DNA of 64,000 bases from an uncultured Chloroflexia bacterium. GTDB taxonomy: Bacteria; Chloroflexota; Limnocylindria; Limnocylindrales; CSP1-4. Position numbers and translations under genes: made by a program. Shown here one piece after another: positions 47,110-56,866 of the stretch; position 1 is the first letter of the stretch, and each line of letters begins with the position of its first letter. Location: the NCBI GenBank assembly GCA_963752475.1, contig CAVVYR010000014.1, positions 32,001 through 96,000 of the forward strand, read 5' to 3'. A model generated the notes under the pieces. The model saw nothing but the letters and a program-made list of their open reading frames with translations, did no database searches and was not told the origin of the DNA.

Positions 47110-48669
47110 TCACCGTCCGCGGATCGCGGAACGGCCAAGGTCGATGGCGCGGGGCAGCTCGGGCAGACGCACCAGCCGACTGTACAAGAGGTATACCGCG
47201 AGGCCGGTGCCCGACGCGAGCGTGAGCTCGATGAGCAGGCTCACGACCCGGCCGAGATCCGCGGGCAGCAGGTCCAGGGAGAGGACGATGGCCACCGTGG
47301 CGGCGGCCAGCACGGCCCCGGCGATCGAGGTCGCGCCACCTCGGACCACCGAGCGAGCGGCTATGGCTGGGTGCTTCCGCCGCAGCAGGATCGTGAGCGT
47401 GGTGGCCTCGAACCACGCTCCCAGCGCGATGCCCAGAGCCAGGCCCTGGATGCCCAGCACGCCGACGGTGGCGACGGAGATGGCCACGTTCACGCCCACC
47501 GAGACGATGGCCACCGTCACCGGCGTGATCGTGTCCACCCCGCTGTAGAAGGCACGGGCGAGGATGACGTTCATGGAGTGCGCGGGCAGACCGATGAGGA
47601 AGACACCCAGAGCCGCCGCCGTGGCCGCGAGTGCCTCTTCGTCGAAGCCCCAGCCGAAGAGCAGGTCCACGATCTGCTCGCGGCCGACGATGCCGACCGC
47701 GGCGATGAAGGCCATGACCCACAGCAGCAGCCGCAGTGCACGCACGACGAGGACCCCGAACTCCTGCTCGTCGCCATTGGCCAGGGCTCGTGACATCGTG
47801 GGCAAGAGCACGATGCCCAGCGGCAGACCGATGACGCCCAGCGGGATCTGCACCACGGAGAACGCCACGGTGTAGCTCACGACCGCGCCCACGGCCACGG
47901 TCGAGGCCAGGGCGGTGTTGACGAGGAAGGTGATCTGGTTGGCACCCATGCCGATGGCCCGCGGCAGCATGAGCCAGAACGTCTGCCGCGCTGCGGCATC
48001 GCCGATGTCGGCCACCGGCGAGTAGGTGAAGCGGCTGCGCAGGGCGGGAAGCTGCACGAGCACGTGCCCCGCAGCACCGACCACGACGCCGAGGGCCACG
48101 GCCTGGATGCCCAGCAGTGGCGAGAGCAGCAGGGCGAAGAGGATGATGCTGGCGTTGTAGACGACCGGGGCCATGGCCGTGGGGGCAAAGCGGTCCTGCG
48201 TCTGGAGGATGGCCGCGACGACGGATCCGGCCGCGAGGAAGATCGGGCTCAGCAGCATCAGGCGCGTGAGCTCGACGGTCAGCTCGGTGGTGGCTTCGTC
48301 AAAGCCGGGCACGAGCAGCGGAACCAGCGATGGGGCAAGGACGAAGAGCAGGATCGCCAGCAGTAGTAGCGTGCCCAGCATGAGGTTGAGCACGGTCGAG
48401 GCCACGCGCCAGGCCCGCGGCTTCTGGCCCTGCTCGATGAGCCCCGAGAGGACCGGGATGAGCGCTGAGGTGATGGCGCCCGCGGCGACGAGCTCGAAGA
48501 TGAGGTCGGGCACGCGGAAGGCGGCGTAATAGGCGTCGAGTTCAGCGATCTGGTCGGGCGAGCCGAAGAGGTTGCCCAGGACGACGACGCGCAGCCAGCC
48601 GAGGATGCGGGAGGCGAGGAAGGCGCCGGTGACGATGAGGCCGGCGCGGGCAAGGGCTCCCCGGCTCAC
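47110..48669 (-). CDS. murJ: Lipid II flippase MurJ (MviN)
   Basis: SRILGWLR, DAYYAAFRVPD, GAITSALIP, QIPLGVIG, RAFYS..DT.TP. Confidence 0.95.
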   Translation of the reverse strand: MSRGALARAGLIVTGAFLASRILGWLRVVVLGNLFGSPDQIAELDAYYAAFRVPDLIFELVAAGAITSALIPVLSGLIEQGQKPRAWRVASTVLNLMLGTLLLLAILLFVLAPSLVPLLVPGFDEATTELTVELTRLMLLSPIFLAAGSVVAAILQTQDRFAPTAMAPVVYNASIILFALLLSPLLGIQAVALGVVVGAAGHVLVQLPALRSRFTYSPVADIGDAAARQTFWLMLPRAIGMGANQITFLVNTALASTVAVGAVVSYTVAFSVVQIPLGVIGLPLGIVLLPTMSRALANGDEQEFGVLVVRALRLLLWVMAFIAAVGIVGREQIVDLLFGWGFDEEALAATAAALGVFLIGLPAHSMNVILARAFYSGVDTITPVTVAIVSVGVNVAISVATVGVLGIQGLALGIALGAWFEATTLTILLRRKHPAIAARSVVRGGATSIAGAVLAAATVAIVLSLDLLPADLGRVVSLLIELTLASGTGLAVYLLYSRLVRLPELPRAIDLGRSAIRGR

Positions 48670-49679
48670 GAGCGGTCAGCGTCCTCGTCAGCGTCGTCGC
48701 TGGGCGCCTGCGCATCCGTCTTGGCTCGCGGATGCGCTGCTCGGTAGCTCTGTCGTAGGCGGCCGGGGCTCACGTGGGTGTAGATCTGCGTCGTCGAAAG
48801 GCTGGCGTGGCCGAGCAGCTCCTGCACCACGCGAAGGTCGGCGCCACCCTCGAGCAAGTGCGAGGCGAACGAGTGCCGCAGCGTATGTGGCGTCGTCTTC
48901 TCAGGCAGGCCGGCTCGCTTCACGAGTCGATCGATGCGGCTGCGCAGGCCACGCGTGGTCATGCCTCGGCCGTTGGTGTTGAGGAACAGCGCGTCATCGG
49001 CCACGTCGTTGCCTGCCGCCAGCGCCGGTCGTCCGTGGGTCAGATAGGCCTCGAGTGCGTCGAGCGCCGGCGCTCCGAGCATGCCGATGCGTTCCTTGCG
49101 ACCCTTGCCCAGCACGCGGAGTTCGCCATGGCCGAGGTCGACATCGCCGACGCTGGCACCGGCGATCTCGCTGATGCGCAGGCCTGCGGCGTAGGCGCAC
49201 TCGACGATGGCTCGATCGCGCAGCTCCATGGCTGCTGTGGCCGAAGGGGCGGCCTCGCGGCCGACGGGCTTGCCGGCGGACCCTGGGATGACGTCGAGCA
49301 GGCGCTCGACGTCATCGACCTCCATCACGCGCGGCAGCCTACGCGATCGTCGTGGCGTGACGATCGCGGCCCAGGGGTCGCCCGCGACCCAGCCCTGGCG
49401 GCGGCAGAAGCGGTAGAACGAGCGCAGGGCAGCGATGCGGCTGCTGATGGTCGAACGTGAAAGGCCGCGACCATCGAGCTCGGCGAGGTAGGCGCGCAGT
49501 GTGCGGCGAGGCGGACGGGTCCAGTGCACCGCGGGCACGCCTTCGAGCCAGCCGAGGTACTGCTCCAGGGCGGTCTTGTAGGCGCGCTTGGTGTGCGGCG
49601 ACGCGTCGCGGGCGTCGAGCGAGGACATGAAGTCCGCAGCAGCGCTGGTGCCGTCGCGTTCGGCATCCCGCCGGGTCAT
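48666..49679 (-). CDS. xerC: Tyrosine recombinase XerC
   Basis: [34 protein letters not shown]...[15 protein letters not shown]; downstream of topA, as in the dprA-topA-xerC cluster. Confidence 0.85.
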   Translation of the reverse strand: MTRRDAERDGTSAAADFMSSLDARDASPHTKRAYKTALEQYLGWLEGVPAVHWTRPPRRTLRAYLAELDGRGLSRSTISSRIAALRSFYRFCRRQGWVAGDPWAAIVTPRRSRRLPRVMEVDDVERLLDVIPGSAGKPVGREAAPSATAAMELRDRAIVECAYAAGLRISEIAGASVGDVDLGHGELRVLGKGRKERIGMLGAPALDALEAYLTHGRPALAAGNDVADDALFLNTNGRGMTTRGLRSRIDRLVKRAGLPEKTTPHTLRHSFASHLLEGGADLRVVQELLGHASLSTTQIYTHVSPGRLRQSYRAAHPRAKTDAQAPSDDADEDADRS

Positions 49680-49704
49680 CGTGTCCTGCCCCTCCCGCCG
49701 GACA

Positions 49705-52149
49705 TCAGTTGCCGTCGTCGTCGGTGCTGGAGGACTTGGTGGTCTTGCGCTTCCTCGTGCTGCCGGACTTGCGCCCCTTGGAGCTCGGCCGCCGCTTGCG
49801 GGACGGCTGAAGGGCGGCCGGGTTCGGTTCGCCGCCGGGGAGCTTCTTGCCCGCCAGCTCGGAGCGCTCGCCAGGCAGATCGACGGGTGCGCCGCAACGC
49901 AGGCAGATGCCGCTCTCATCCTTGAGGCCGACCGGCCCGGCATCGGCATCATGCGTCGCGCCAAGCGGCTCGAAGTTGGTGGTGAAGTCGCACTTGGGAT
50001 AGCGGCCGCAGCCGTAGAAGACGTTGCCGGTCCGGCGCGCGCGACGCGGGGTCAGCTGGCCTTCACCGCACTTGGGACACTCCACCTCGAAGGGCAGCGG
50101 CTCCGGCGGCGGCGGACCCGTGCGGTGGATGTACTTGCAGTCGGGGTAGCGGTCGCAGCCGGCGAACGGACCGTATCGGCCCCGCTTGGCCACGAGCGTC
50201 CCCTGACCGCATTCGGGGCATTTCTCCCCTGCCCCCTCGACGGGCGGAAGGTCCGGCTCCTCGCCGGGGATATCCCGTGTCTCCTTGTGGTCGGGGTACA
50301 TGGAGCAGGCGAGGAAGCGGCCGTTGCGCCCCAGGCGGATGACCATGGGGTGGCCCTCGGAGCACACCTCGTCGGTCTCCTCGGTGGTGAGCTCGGCGCG
50401 CTTGAGCGTCTTGCGTTTCTCGTCCACGAGCTTCTGCAGCGGGTCGTAGAACTCGTGCAGCAGCGGCACCCACTCGCGCTTGCCCTCGGCGACCTCGTCG
50501 AGCTCCTCCTCCATGCGGGCGGTGAAGTCATAGTCGACGTAGTTGCCGAAGTGCTCGACGAGCACGTCGGTGACGATGTTGGCCACGATCTCCGGGCGCA
50601 GGCGCTTGTCCACGACCTTCACGTAGCCACGGTCCTGGATGGTGGAGATGGTGGCCGCGTACGTCGACGGACGGCCGATGCCGTGTTCCTCGAGGGCCTT
50701 GATGAGCGAGGCCTCCGTGAAGCGTGGGGGCGGCTCGGTGAAGTGCTGCTCACCCTCGACGTCCTTGACCTCCGCGCGGTCGCCCTGTGCCAGGGCCGGC
50801 AGAGTGGCTTCCTTCTCCTCGTCACCGCCGTCGTCGCGGCCCTCGGTGTAGACCTTGGTGAAGCCGTCGAATGTGGTGCGCGTGGCGCTGGCGCGGAGCC
50901 CGAAGCGGCCGGCCTCGAGCTCGGCGGCGGTCGTCTCCATCTGCTTGGGCGCCATCTGCGAGGCCAGCGCGCGCTGCCAGATGAGCCGGTACAGGCGCAG
51001 CTCATCGTCCTTGATGCGGCCGCGCAATGACTCGGGATCGCGCGTGAACGAGGTCGGGCGGATGGCCTCGTGCGCCTCCTGGGCGGCCTTGGCCTTGGTC
51101 TTGTAGCCGCGGCCGCCCTCGACCGAGTACTCGCTGCCGTAGCGGCCGTCGATGACGTCGTGGGCTTCGAGCTGGGCCGACTTGGCCAGGTTGACCGAGT
51201 CGGTTCGCATGTAGGTGATGAGGCCGGTGGGCTCGCCGTCGATCTCGATGCCTTCGTACAGGCGCTGGGCCACCGACATCGTGCGCTTGGGTCCGTAGCC
51301 GAGCTTGCGGCTGGCTTCCTGCTGCATGGTGCTGGTGGTGAACGGCGGTGCCGGGTTGCGCTTGGACGAGCGGGTCTTGACGGAGGCGACGGTGGCCGTC
51401 TCCGCCTTGAGCGCCTTGACGTAGGCCTGCGCCGTGGCTTCGTCGGGGATGGGGATCTCGTTCTTCTTGACCTCGCCGCCCTGGGCGATGCGGGTGCCAT
51501 CGACGCTGACGAGCGAGGCCTTGAAGCGCTCCTCCTTGGGAGTCTCCAGAAGCGCTTCGAGGGTCCAGTACTCGCGCGGCTTGAAGGCTTCGATGGCGCG
51601 CTCGCGCTCGACGACGAGGCGGACGGCGACCGACTGCACGCGGCCGGCGGAGAGGCCGCCGCGGACCTTGCGGCTGATGAGCGGGCTGAGGGTATAGCCG
51701 ACCAGACGGTCCATGATGCGGCGGGTCTGCTGAGCATCGACGAGACCCATGTCGATGTCGCGCGGATCCTCGAAGGCTGCGGTGATGGCGGACTTGGTGA
51801 TCTCGCTGAAGGTCACGCGCTTGGTCTTGTCGCCGGGGATCTTGACGGCCTCGACGACGTGCCAGGCGATGGCCTCACCTTCACGATCGAGGTCAGTGGC
51901 GAGGTAGACGAGGTCGCTGCCGCCGGCGGCCTTGGTGATGGCGTTGAGTTGCTTGCGCCGGTCCTCGTTGACGACGTACTCGGGCTCGAAGTCGTGCTCG
52001 ACATCCACGCCGAACTTGCCCTTGCCGGGGTTCTCCGGCAAATCGCGGACATGGCCGTACGAGGCGAGCACCTTGAAGTCGGGGCCGAGATAGCGTTCGA
52101 TCGTCCGAGCCTTGGCCGGGGACTCGACGATCACCAGGTTCTTCGTCAC
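49705..52149 (-). CDS. topA: DNA topoisomerase I
   Basis: LVIVESPAKA, ATDLDREGE, SAGRVQS, LITYMRTDS (catalytic Tyr), GIGRPSTY; C-terminal zinc ribbons and a basic tail. Confidence 0.98.
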   Translation of the reverse strand: MTKNLVIVESPAKARTIERYLGPDFKVLASYGHVRDLPENPGKGKFGVDVEHDFEPEYVVNEDRRKQLNAITKAAGGSDLVYLATDLDREGEAIAWHVVEAVKIPGDKTKRVTFSEITKSAITAAFEDPRDIDMGLVDAQQTRRIMDRLVGYTLSPLISRKVRGGLSAGRVQSVAVRLVVERERAIEAFKPREYWTLEALLETPKEERFKASLVSVDGTRIAQGGEVKKNEIPIPDEATAQAYVKALKAETATVASVKTRSSKRNPAPPFTTSTMQQEASRKLGYGPKRTMSVAQRLYEGIEIDGEPTGLITYMRTDSVNLAKSAQLEAHDVIDGRYGSEYSVEGGRGYKTKAKAAQEAHEAIRPTSFTRDPESLRGRIKDDELRLYRLIWQRALASQMAPKQMETTAAELEAGRFGLRASATRTTFDGFTKVYTEGRDDGGDEEKEATLPALAQGDRAEVKDVEGEQHFTEPPPRFTEASLIKALEEHGIGRPSTYAATISTIQDRGYVKVVDKRLRPEIVANIVTDVLVEHFGNYVDYDFTARMEEELDEVAEGKREWVPLLHEFYDPLQKLVDEKRKTLKRAELTTEETDEVCSEGHPMVIRLGRNGRFLACSMYPDHKETRDIPGEEPDLPPVEGAGEKCPECGQGTLVAKRGRYGPFAGCDRYPDCKYIHRTGPPPPEPLPFEVECPKCGEGQLTPRRARRTGNVFYGCGRYPKCDFTTNFEPLGATHDADAGPVGLKDESGICLRCGAPVDLPGERSELAGKKLPGGEPNPAALQPSRKRRPSSKGRKSGSTRKRKTTKSSSTDDDGN

Positions 52150-52157
52150 GGCCGGAG

Positions 52158-52163
52158 ACTATA
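52158..52163 (-). promoter_or_regulatory. Putative -10 box (TATAGT) of a leaderless topA transcript
   Basis: TATAGT lies 8 nt upstream of GTG 52149; no SD sequence. Confidence 0.6.
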
Positions 52164-52333
52164 GCAGGGGGCTTGCCGGGTTCCGCTTACGTACATCGGA
52201 CCCAGCCTAACGCCTGTGATGCGCCGGCGACCAAGCGATGACAGGACATCTCGCCCCGGTTGCGGCTCGCGGGACAATGGTGAGGTCCGAACGCGAGCCA
52301 GCCGGCTCGCACGACGCAGCAGGGGGACAACCG

Positions 52334-53335
52334 ATGTCTGGACAGCTCATCCTGCGGACCGTGGCGGTCGCCGCCTCGGTCGCGCTCCTCCTCACCGCGA
52401 TGGCGACGCCCGTGGCCGCGGCCAAGCCCAAGTGCTTCGGCCAGGAGGCCACGATCGTGGGCACGAACGGGGACGACATCCTCAAGGGCACGCCCGGGCG
52501 CGATGTGATCGTGGCCATGGGCGGCAACGACATCGTCGCCGGGCGCGCCGGCAACGACTTCATCTGCGGCGGCCCCGGCAACGACCGTCTCGCCGGCCAG
52601 TCCGGCTGGGACAGGCTGGCCGGGCAGTCGGGCAACGACCGGCTCTTCGGCGGCCCCGGCGTCGACCGCGTCTTCGGCGGCGCTCACGACGATCTGGTCG
52701 CCGGTGGTGCCGGTCCCGACGTCCTCGGCGGCGACGACGGCAATGACCGCATCGACGGCGGCGTGGGCGTCGACCTTTGCAGCCAGGGCACCGGGACGGG
52801 GTCGAAGGTGCGCTGCGAGCTGCCGGTGCCCGAGCCTCCCACGCTCGTCATCGCCTACAGCGACGTCGACAACGACCACGCCTACGACGTCGGCGACGTG
52901 ATGATCAGCAAGATCGTCGACACCGACGGCAACGGGGACGTCAGTGTTGGCGACACCATCAAGATGGGCCAGTACCCCACACACCCCGGCGTCATCAAGC
53001 CGGCCAAGCTTCGCAGCCAGTTCGAGGATTGGAAGGTGAAGAGCCACGTCGTGGACACGGTCGTGCCGGACGCCGCCAATGTCGTGAACGTCACCACCGC
53101 GTCCGGCGGCAAGTTCATCTGGGTGAAGGCGACCGCCACGGACGCCGATCTCTATCTCGAGGAGCTCGGCAGCGTCCTCACGGTCCTCATCGACGACATC
53201 GAGGCTGATGAGAACGACGAGTCTGACCTGGTCCATGTGGATCCTGGTTCACCAAGCCAGCCGACCAGCGACCTCGAGTCCTACGGGCCCGGCAAGGGCG
53301 ACGACGGGTTCATCGACGTGGAGATGTACTCCTAG
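52334..53335 (+). CDS. Secreted calcium-binding protein with hemolysin-type (RTX-like GGxGxD) repeats
   Basis: SD AGGGGG, signal peptide, CFGQEATIVGT.GDD.L.GT, repeated GG.GND.L; acidic C-terminal domain with DVDND and DTDGNGD loops. Confidence 0.85.
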   Translation: MSGQLILRTVAVAASVALLLTAMATPVAAAKPKCFGQEATIVGTNGDDILKGTPGRDVIVAMGGNDIVAGRAGNDFICGGPGNDRLAGQSGWDRLAGQSGNDRLFGGPGVDRVFGGAHDDLVAGGAGPDVLGGDDGNDRIDGGVGVDLCSQGTGTGSKVRCELPVPEPPTLVIAYSDVDNDHAYDVGDVMISKIVDTDGNGDVSVGDTIKMGQYPTHPGVIKPAKLRSQFEDWKVKSHVVDTVVPDAANVVNVTTASGGKFIWVKATATDADLYLEELGSVLTVLIDDIEADENDESDLVHVDPGSPSQPTSDLESYGPGKGDDGFIDVEMYS

Positions 53336-53354
53336 GCGCCGCAGTCCATCCGCT

Positions 53355-53387
53355 GAGAGGCTCGTCCCGCCTCGGGGCGGGCCTCTT
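53355..53387. terminator. Hairpin between convergent genes (probable intrinsic terminator)
   Basis: GAGAGGCTCGTCCC-gcctc-GGGGCGGGCCTCTT inverted repeat with G-U pairs. Confidence 0.6.
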
Positions 53388-53427
53388 GCTCATGCCTGCC
53401 GTGACCACTCGGCGGAACCAGGCCCGG

Positions 53428-53836
53428 TCAGGCCTCGCGGATGCGGCGCAGGAGCTCGGCGTCCGGAGCGAGGTGCTCCAGGGCATCGTCCTCTGCCGAC
53501 TGCTCGCCACCAGCGGAGCCGGGTGCCGGGGTGACGATGACGCTCGTGCCCTCCGGGACGGCGCTGGCGGCGGCCGGAAGCTCGGCCGGAGCTGGGTGGC
53601 AGGTCCTCGTCGAGGCCGGCCTCGTGGATGGCTGCGCGCGGGATCTCGAGGAAGCGGATGATGTTGTAGGGCAGTAGGAAGACCGAGTCGAGGTACTCGG
53701 TCGAGAGCGGCTTGCGACCTTCGAGCGTGCGCAGGTTGGTGCACAGCAGGCCGGCGTCCTCCGCGCTGGGCAGGGACTCGATATCGGCCTTCATGGGCTG
53801 CTCGCCGTGAAGATGCAGGATGACGTTCCGGATCAT
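53428..53836 (-). CDS. Hypothetical protein with a +1 frameshift near 53595
   Basis: MIRNVILHLHGEQP...IRFLEIP. Removing one base from GGG 53594-53596 gives ...PAPAELP...DAELLRRIREA-stop at 53428 (span 409 = 3n+1). TAGGAT -10 box 6 nt upstream. Confidence 0.65.
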
Positions 53837-53858
53837 GCTTCCATCCTACGCGGCGACG

Positions 53859-55019
53859 TCAGTCGTCCATCCGGGTCAATGGTCCTGCCGGAAGCTGTGT
53901 CGGGCCGTGGCTGGTGGCCCAGCCCCTCAGCTGAAGCATCGTGAGCGCAGCCGAGACGACGCCGGGGTCCAGCCGCGTGGCGCGACAGAGCGTATCGATG
54001 GTGGCTGGGCCGCCCGAGAGGGCCTCGGCGATCCGACGTTGCGTGGGCTCCAGGAGTCGCAACGCGGCCGAGCGGCTCAGTCGCGGCAGCTGCCGGTCGT
54101 CCGGCCGGCCCTGAGGATCGTCGAGCTCAAGGTCGGCGAGCATCTCATCGAGGCCGATGAGCGGGTGTGCCGGCGACTCGCGCAGCAGCACGAGGTTGCC
54201 TCTGACGCGCGGGTCCAGCGGCCGTCCCGGCGCCACTAGCAGGTCGCGTCCCTGCTCGAGTGCGTGGCGGGCCGTGATGAGCGCGCCGCTGCGCGCAGGT
54301 GCCTCCACCACGATCGTGGCCCGGCAGAGGCCGCTGATGATGCGGTTGCGTCTGGGAAACGTGCCACGGGTGGCTCGTACGCCGGGTGCCAGCTCGCTGA
54401 CCACCGCCCCCGCCGCGATGATCCGTTCGGCCAGAGGGCGGTTGGTCGTGGGGCCTGGATCGTCGATGCCGGAGCCGACCACCGCGACCGTCCTGGCGTC
54501 CCCGTCCAGTGCCGCCCGATGCACCGCCCCGTCGATACCGATCGCCAGTCCCGATACCACGGTGATGCCGGCCTCGGCGAGTCGCTGCCCGATGCGCGCG
54601 GCGAGGTCGCGGGCGGCGGCGGTCGGGCGCCTGGTGCCCACGACGGCCACGAGCGGCTCAGTTGCGAGGGCCGTTCGGTCGCCGAGGCCGTAGAGGACCG
54701 GCGGCGGTTCCTCGATGCTCCGTAGCGCTGCCGGGTAGGCACGATCGAGTGGCGTCAACGTCCAGCCGCCGAGGGCATCGACCTCACGCCCGATGCGACC
54801 CGGATCGTCGAATGCTTGCCTGATGGCACGCGCCAGGCCCGGCCGCAGGCGGATGCCCGTCTGGTCGGCGAGTGCTCGGTCCGCCCGTTGCGACGGCAGC
54901 CCAGTGACGGTTGCCAGGGCGGCGGCCGCGGAACCGTGGACCTCCCGCAGCCGGCTGAACGTGTGCTCGCCGACGCCTGGCGTGCCGGCTAGCGCGATCC
55001 AGGCATCCCGCTCCTTCAT
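53859..55019 (-). CDS. dprA: DNA-processing protein DprA
   Basis: YPAALR...PPVLY, VAVVGTR, VSGLAIGIDG, FPRRNRIISGL, SGALITA; C-terminal winged helix. Confidence 0.95.
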   Translation of the reverse strand: MKERDAWIALAGTPGVGEHTFSRLREVHGSAAAALATVTGLPSQRADRALADQTGIRLRPGLARAIRQAFDDPGRIGREVDALGGWTLTPLDRAYPAALRSIEEPPPVLYGLGDRTALATEPLVAVVGTRRPTAAARDLAARIGQRLAEAGITVVSGLAIGIDGAVHRAALDGDARTVAVVGSGIDDPGPTTNRPLAERIIAAGAVVSELAPGVRATRGTFPRRNRIISGLCRATIVVEAPARSGALITARHALEQGRDLLVAPGRPLDPRVRGNLVLLRESPAHPLIGLDEMLADLELDDPQGRPDDRQLPRLSRSAALRLLEPTQRRIAEALSGGPATIDTLCRATRLDPGVVSAALTMLQLRGWATSHGPTQLPAGPLTRMDD

Positions 55020-56575
55020 GCCGCGACGTCCCGTTCGAAGGAACGATCGTTGAGCAGGGCAGCGGCGCCCAGGTGCTCGGCGGTCACCGACCCGTGAACG
55101 CTCAGATCGGCGATGGTGCGGGCCACACGCAGGAGGCGATGGACACCGCGAGCCGTCAGGTCGAGTCGCTGCGCGAGATCCTCCAACGCTGAACGTGCGG
55201 CCCGGTCGAGGGCGCACAGGCGCAACAGCTGCTGTCCGCGAAGCCGCGCGTTGGGGAGGTCGCCGTTGCGCTCCATGGCGCGGTCCCAGGCTGCGTGGAT
55301 GCGGCGGCTGACCGCCAGGCTCGACTCCGGCTGATCCAGCGTGGTGATCTCCTCCGGCTCCATGCGCGGCATGACCACGCGCAGGTCGATGCGATCGAGG
55401 AGCGGACCACTCACCCGTCGGCGGTAGCGCTCCGGCAGCCCCGACGGACAGCGGCACGTCCGCACGGGATCGCCATGCCAGCCGCAACGGCAGGGATTCA
55501 TGGCCGCGATGAGCTGGAGCTGCGCCGGATAGGTCACCGAGCCGTGGGCGCGGACGATCTCGACCGAGCCGTCCTCCAGCGGCTGACGTAGGGCATCGAG
55601 CACGTGCCGGTCGAACTCGGCCAGCTCGTCGAGGAAGAGCACACCGTGGTGCGCCTGGGTCACCAACCCGGGCCGAAGTCGAGGGCCACCGCCGACCATG
55701 GCCGAGTAGCTCGCGGTGTGGTGGGGGCCCCTGAATGGCCGGACGCGCCTTTCGACGGCGCTCGTCTCGAGGCCACAGACGCTGCGGATGACGGCGACCT
55801 CGCGTGCTTCAGGCTCGGTCAGGGGCGGCTGCAGGCGCGGCACCGCCCGTGCCAGCATCGTCTTGCCTGCACCGGGCGAACCGACGAGCAGGAGGTTATG
55901 TCGGCCGGCGATCGCGACCTCGAGGGCCCAGCGCGCCTGCTCCTGCCCGCGCAAGTCGGCCAGCTCGGTGACGTCGTCCGAGGTCAGTCGGTCCTGCTCT
56001 GCCGGTGCCGTACCCCGAGCGATGCGGATGGCCGGTCGCCGTCTGGCCTTGGCCGCGTTGCGTCCTCTGGGCCCGGCGATGAGTCGGGCGACGTCGTCGA
56101 GCCCCTCGACCCCGACGACCTCCACGTCCTCGACGAGCGAAGCCTCAGTCACGTTGGCTAGTGGCACACACACCCGTCGATGGCCAGAGTCTCGGAGCGT
56201 CGCGACCATCGGCAGCACGCCCGAGACCGAGCGCACGCCGCCGTCGAGCGACAGCTCCCCCAGCAGCGCCCAGGCACCGCCCGAGGCACGGATCTGCTCG
56301 TTGGCCAGCAGGATGCCGATGGCGATGGCCACGTCGTAGGCGGCACCATGCTTGCGCCGGTCCGCAGGTGCCAGGTTGACCGTGATCCTCGACAGCGGAT
56401 AGTCGAAGCCGGCGTTGCGGATGGCGCTGCGCACCCGCTCACGTGCTTCGGAGAGAGCGGTGTCCGGCAGTCCGACGATGGAGAACGAGGGCAATCCATT
56501 GGCGATGTCGACTTCGACCCGCACGAGCTCGCCGCGCAGGCCATGGACGACGGCGGTATCGAGGATCGCGAGCAT
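55016..56575 (-). CDS. comM: YifB/ComM Mg-chelatase-like AAA+ ATPase
   Basis: IVGLPD, ITVNLAPAD, GELSLDG, GSPGAGKT, PHH, LFLDEL, LRQPLEDG, AMNPC, SGPLLDRID, RVARTIAD. Confidence 0.93.
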   Translation of the reverse strand: MLAILDTAVVHGLRGELVRVEVDIANGLPSFSIVGLPDTALSEARERVRSAIRNAGFDYPLSRITVNLAPADRRKHGAAYDVAIAIGILLANEQIRASGGAWALLGELSLDGGVRSVSGVLPMVATLRDSGHRRVCVPLANVTEASLVEDVEVVGVEGLDDVARLIAGPRGRNAAKARRRPAIRIARGTAPAEQDRLTSDDVTELADLRGQEQARWALEVAIAGRHNLLLVGSPGAGKTMLARAVPRLQPPLTEPEAREVAVIRSVCGLETSAVERRVRPFRGPHHTASYSAMVGGGPRLRPGLVTQAHHGVLFLDELAEFDRHVLDALRQPLEDGSVEIVRAHGSVTYPAQLQLIAAMNPCRCGWHGDPVRTCRCPSGLPERYRRRVSGPLLDRIDLRVVMPRMEPEEITTLDQPESSLAVSRRIHAAWDRAMERNGDLPNARLRGQQLLRLCALDRAARSALEDLAQRLDLTARGVHRLLRVARTIADLSVHGSVTAEHLGAAALLNDRSFERDVAA

Positions 56576-56706
56576 GCGGCGAGCATGTCGGCCGTCGCTT
56601 AACCTCGGCTTCACTCGGGCTTCGTTCTCGCCGTGCACTCGGTTCGACTGGGTGGTACTTCGGTGTACTTGGCGCTGGCATCGCCGTGGAGGACGGTGCG
56701 GCCATC

Positions 56707-56793
56707 ATGGAATGGGAATTCCTGCTACTGGGCTTGGTTGCCTTGTGGACCGTGGCGGTAGGCCTCCGGCCGCGCCGCCCGCGTCCGCACTAG
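56707..56793 (+). CDS. Possible 28-aa single-TM small protein
   Basis: MEWEFLLLGLVALWTVAVGLRPRRPRPH: hydrophobic helix plus basic tail, in otherwise empty intergenic DNA. GGAGG lies upstream but at long spacing. Confidence 0.3.
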   Translation: MEWEFLLLGLVALWTVAVGLRPRRPRPH

Positions 56794-56866
56794 CACGAGC
56801 CGGCGCTCGGACCCTCCCCCGCCACCGAGCCAGCGGGCTTGGGCTCCCCTGTGCTGCGCCACTCGA

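Noticed and set aside
6723-49679. Two tyrosine recombinases as possible integrases bounding an island
   Set aside because: Both have chromosomal XerC/XerD signatures (C-terminal HPRA) and housekeeping contexts. No att repeats, tRNA or compositional shift were seen, and no dif site was recognised.
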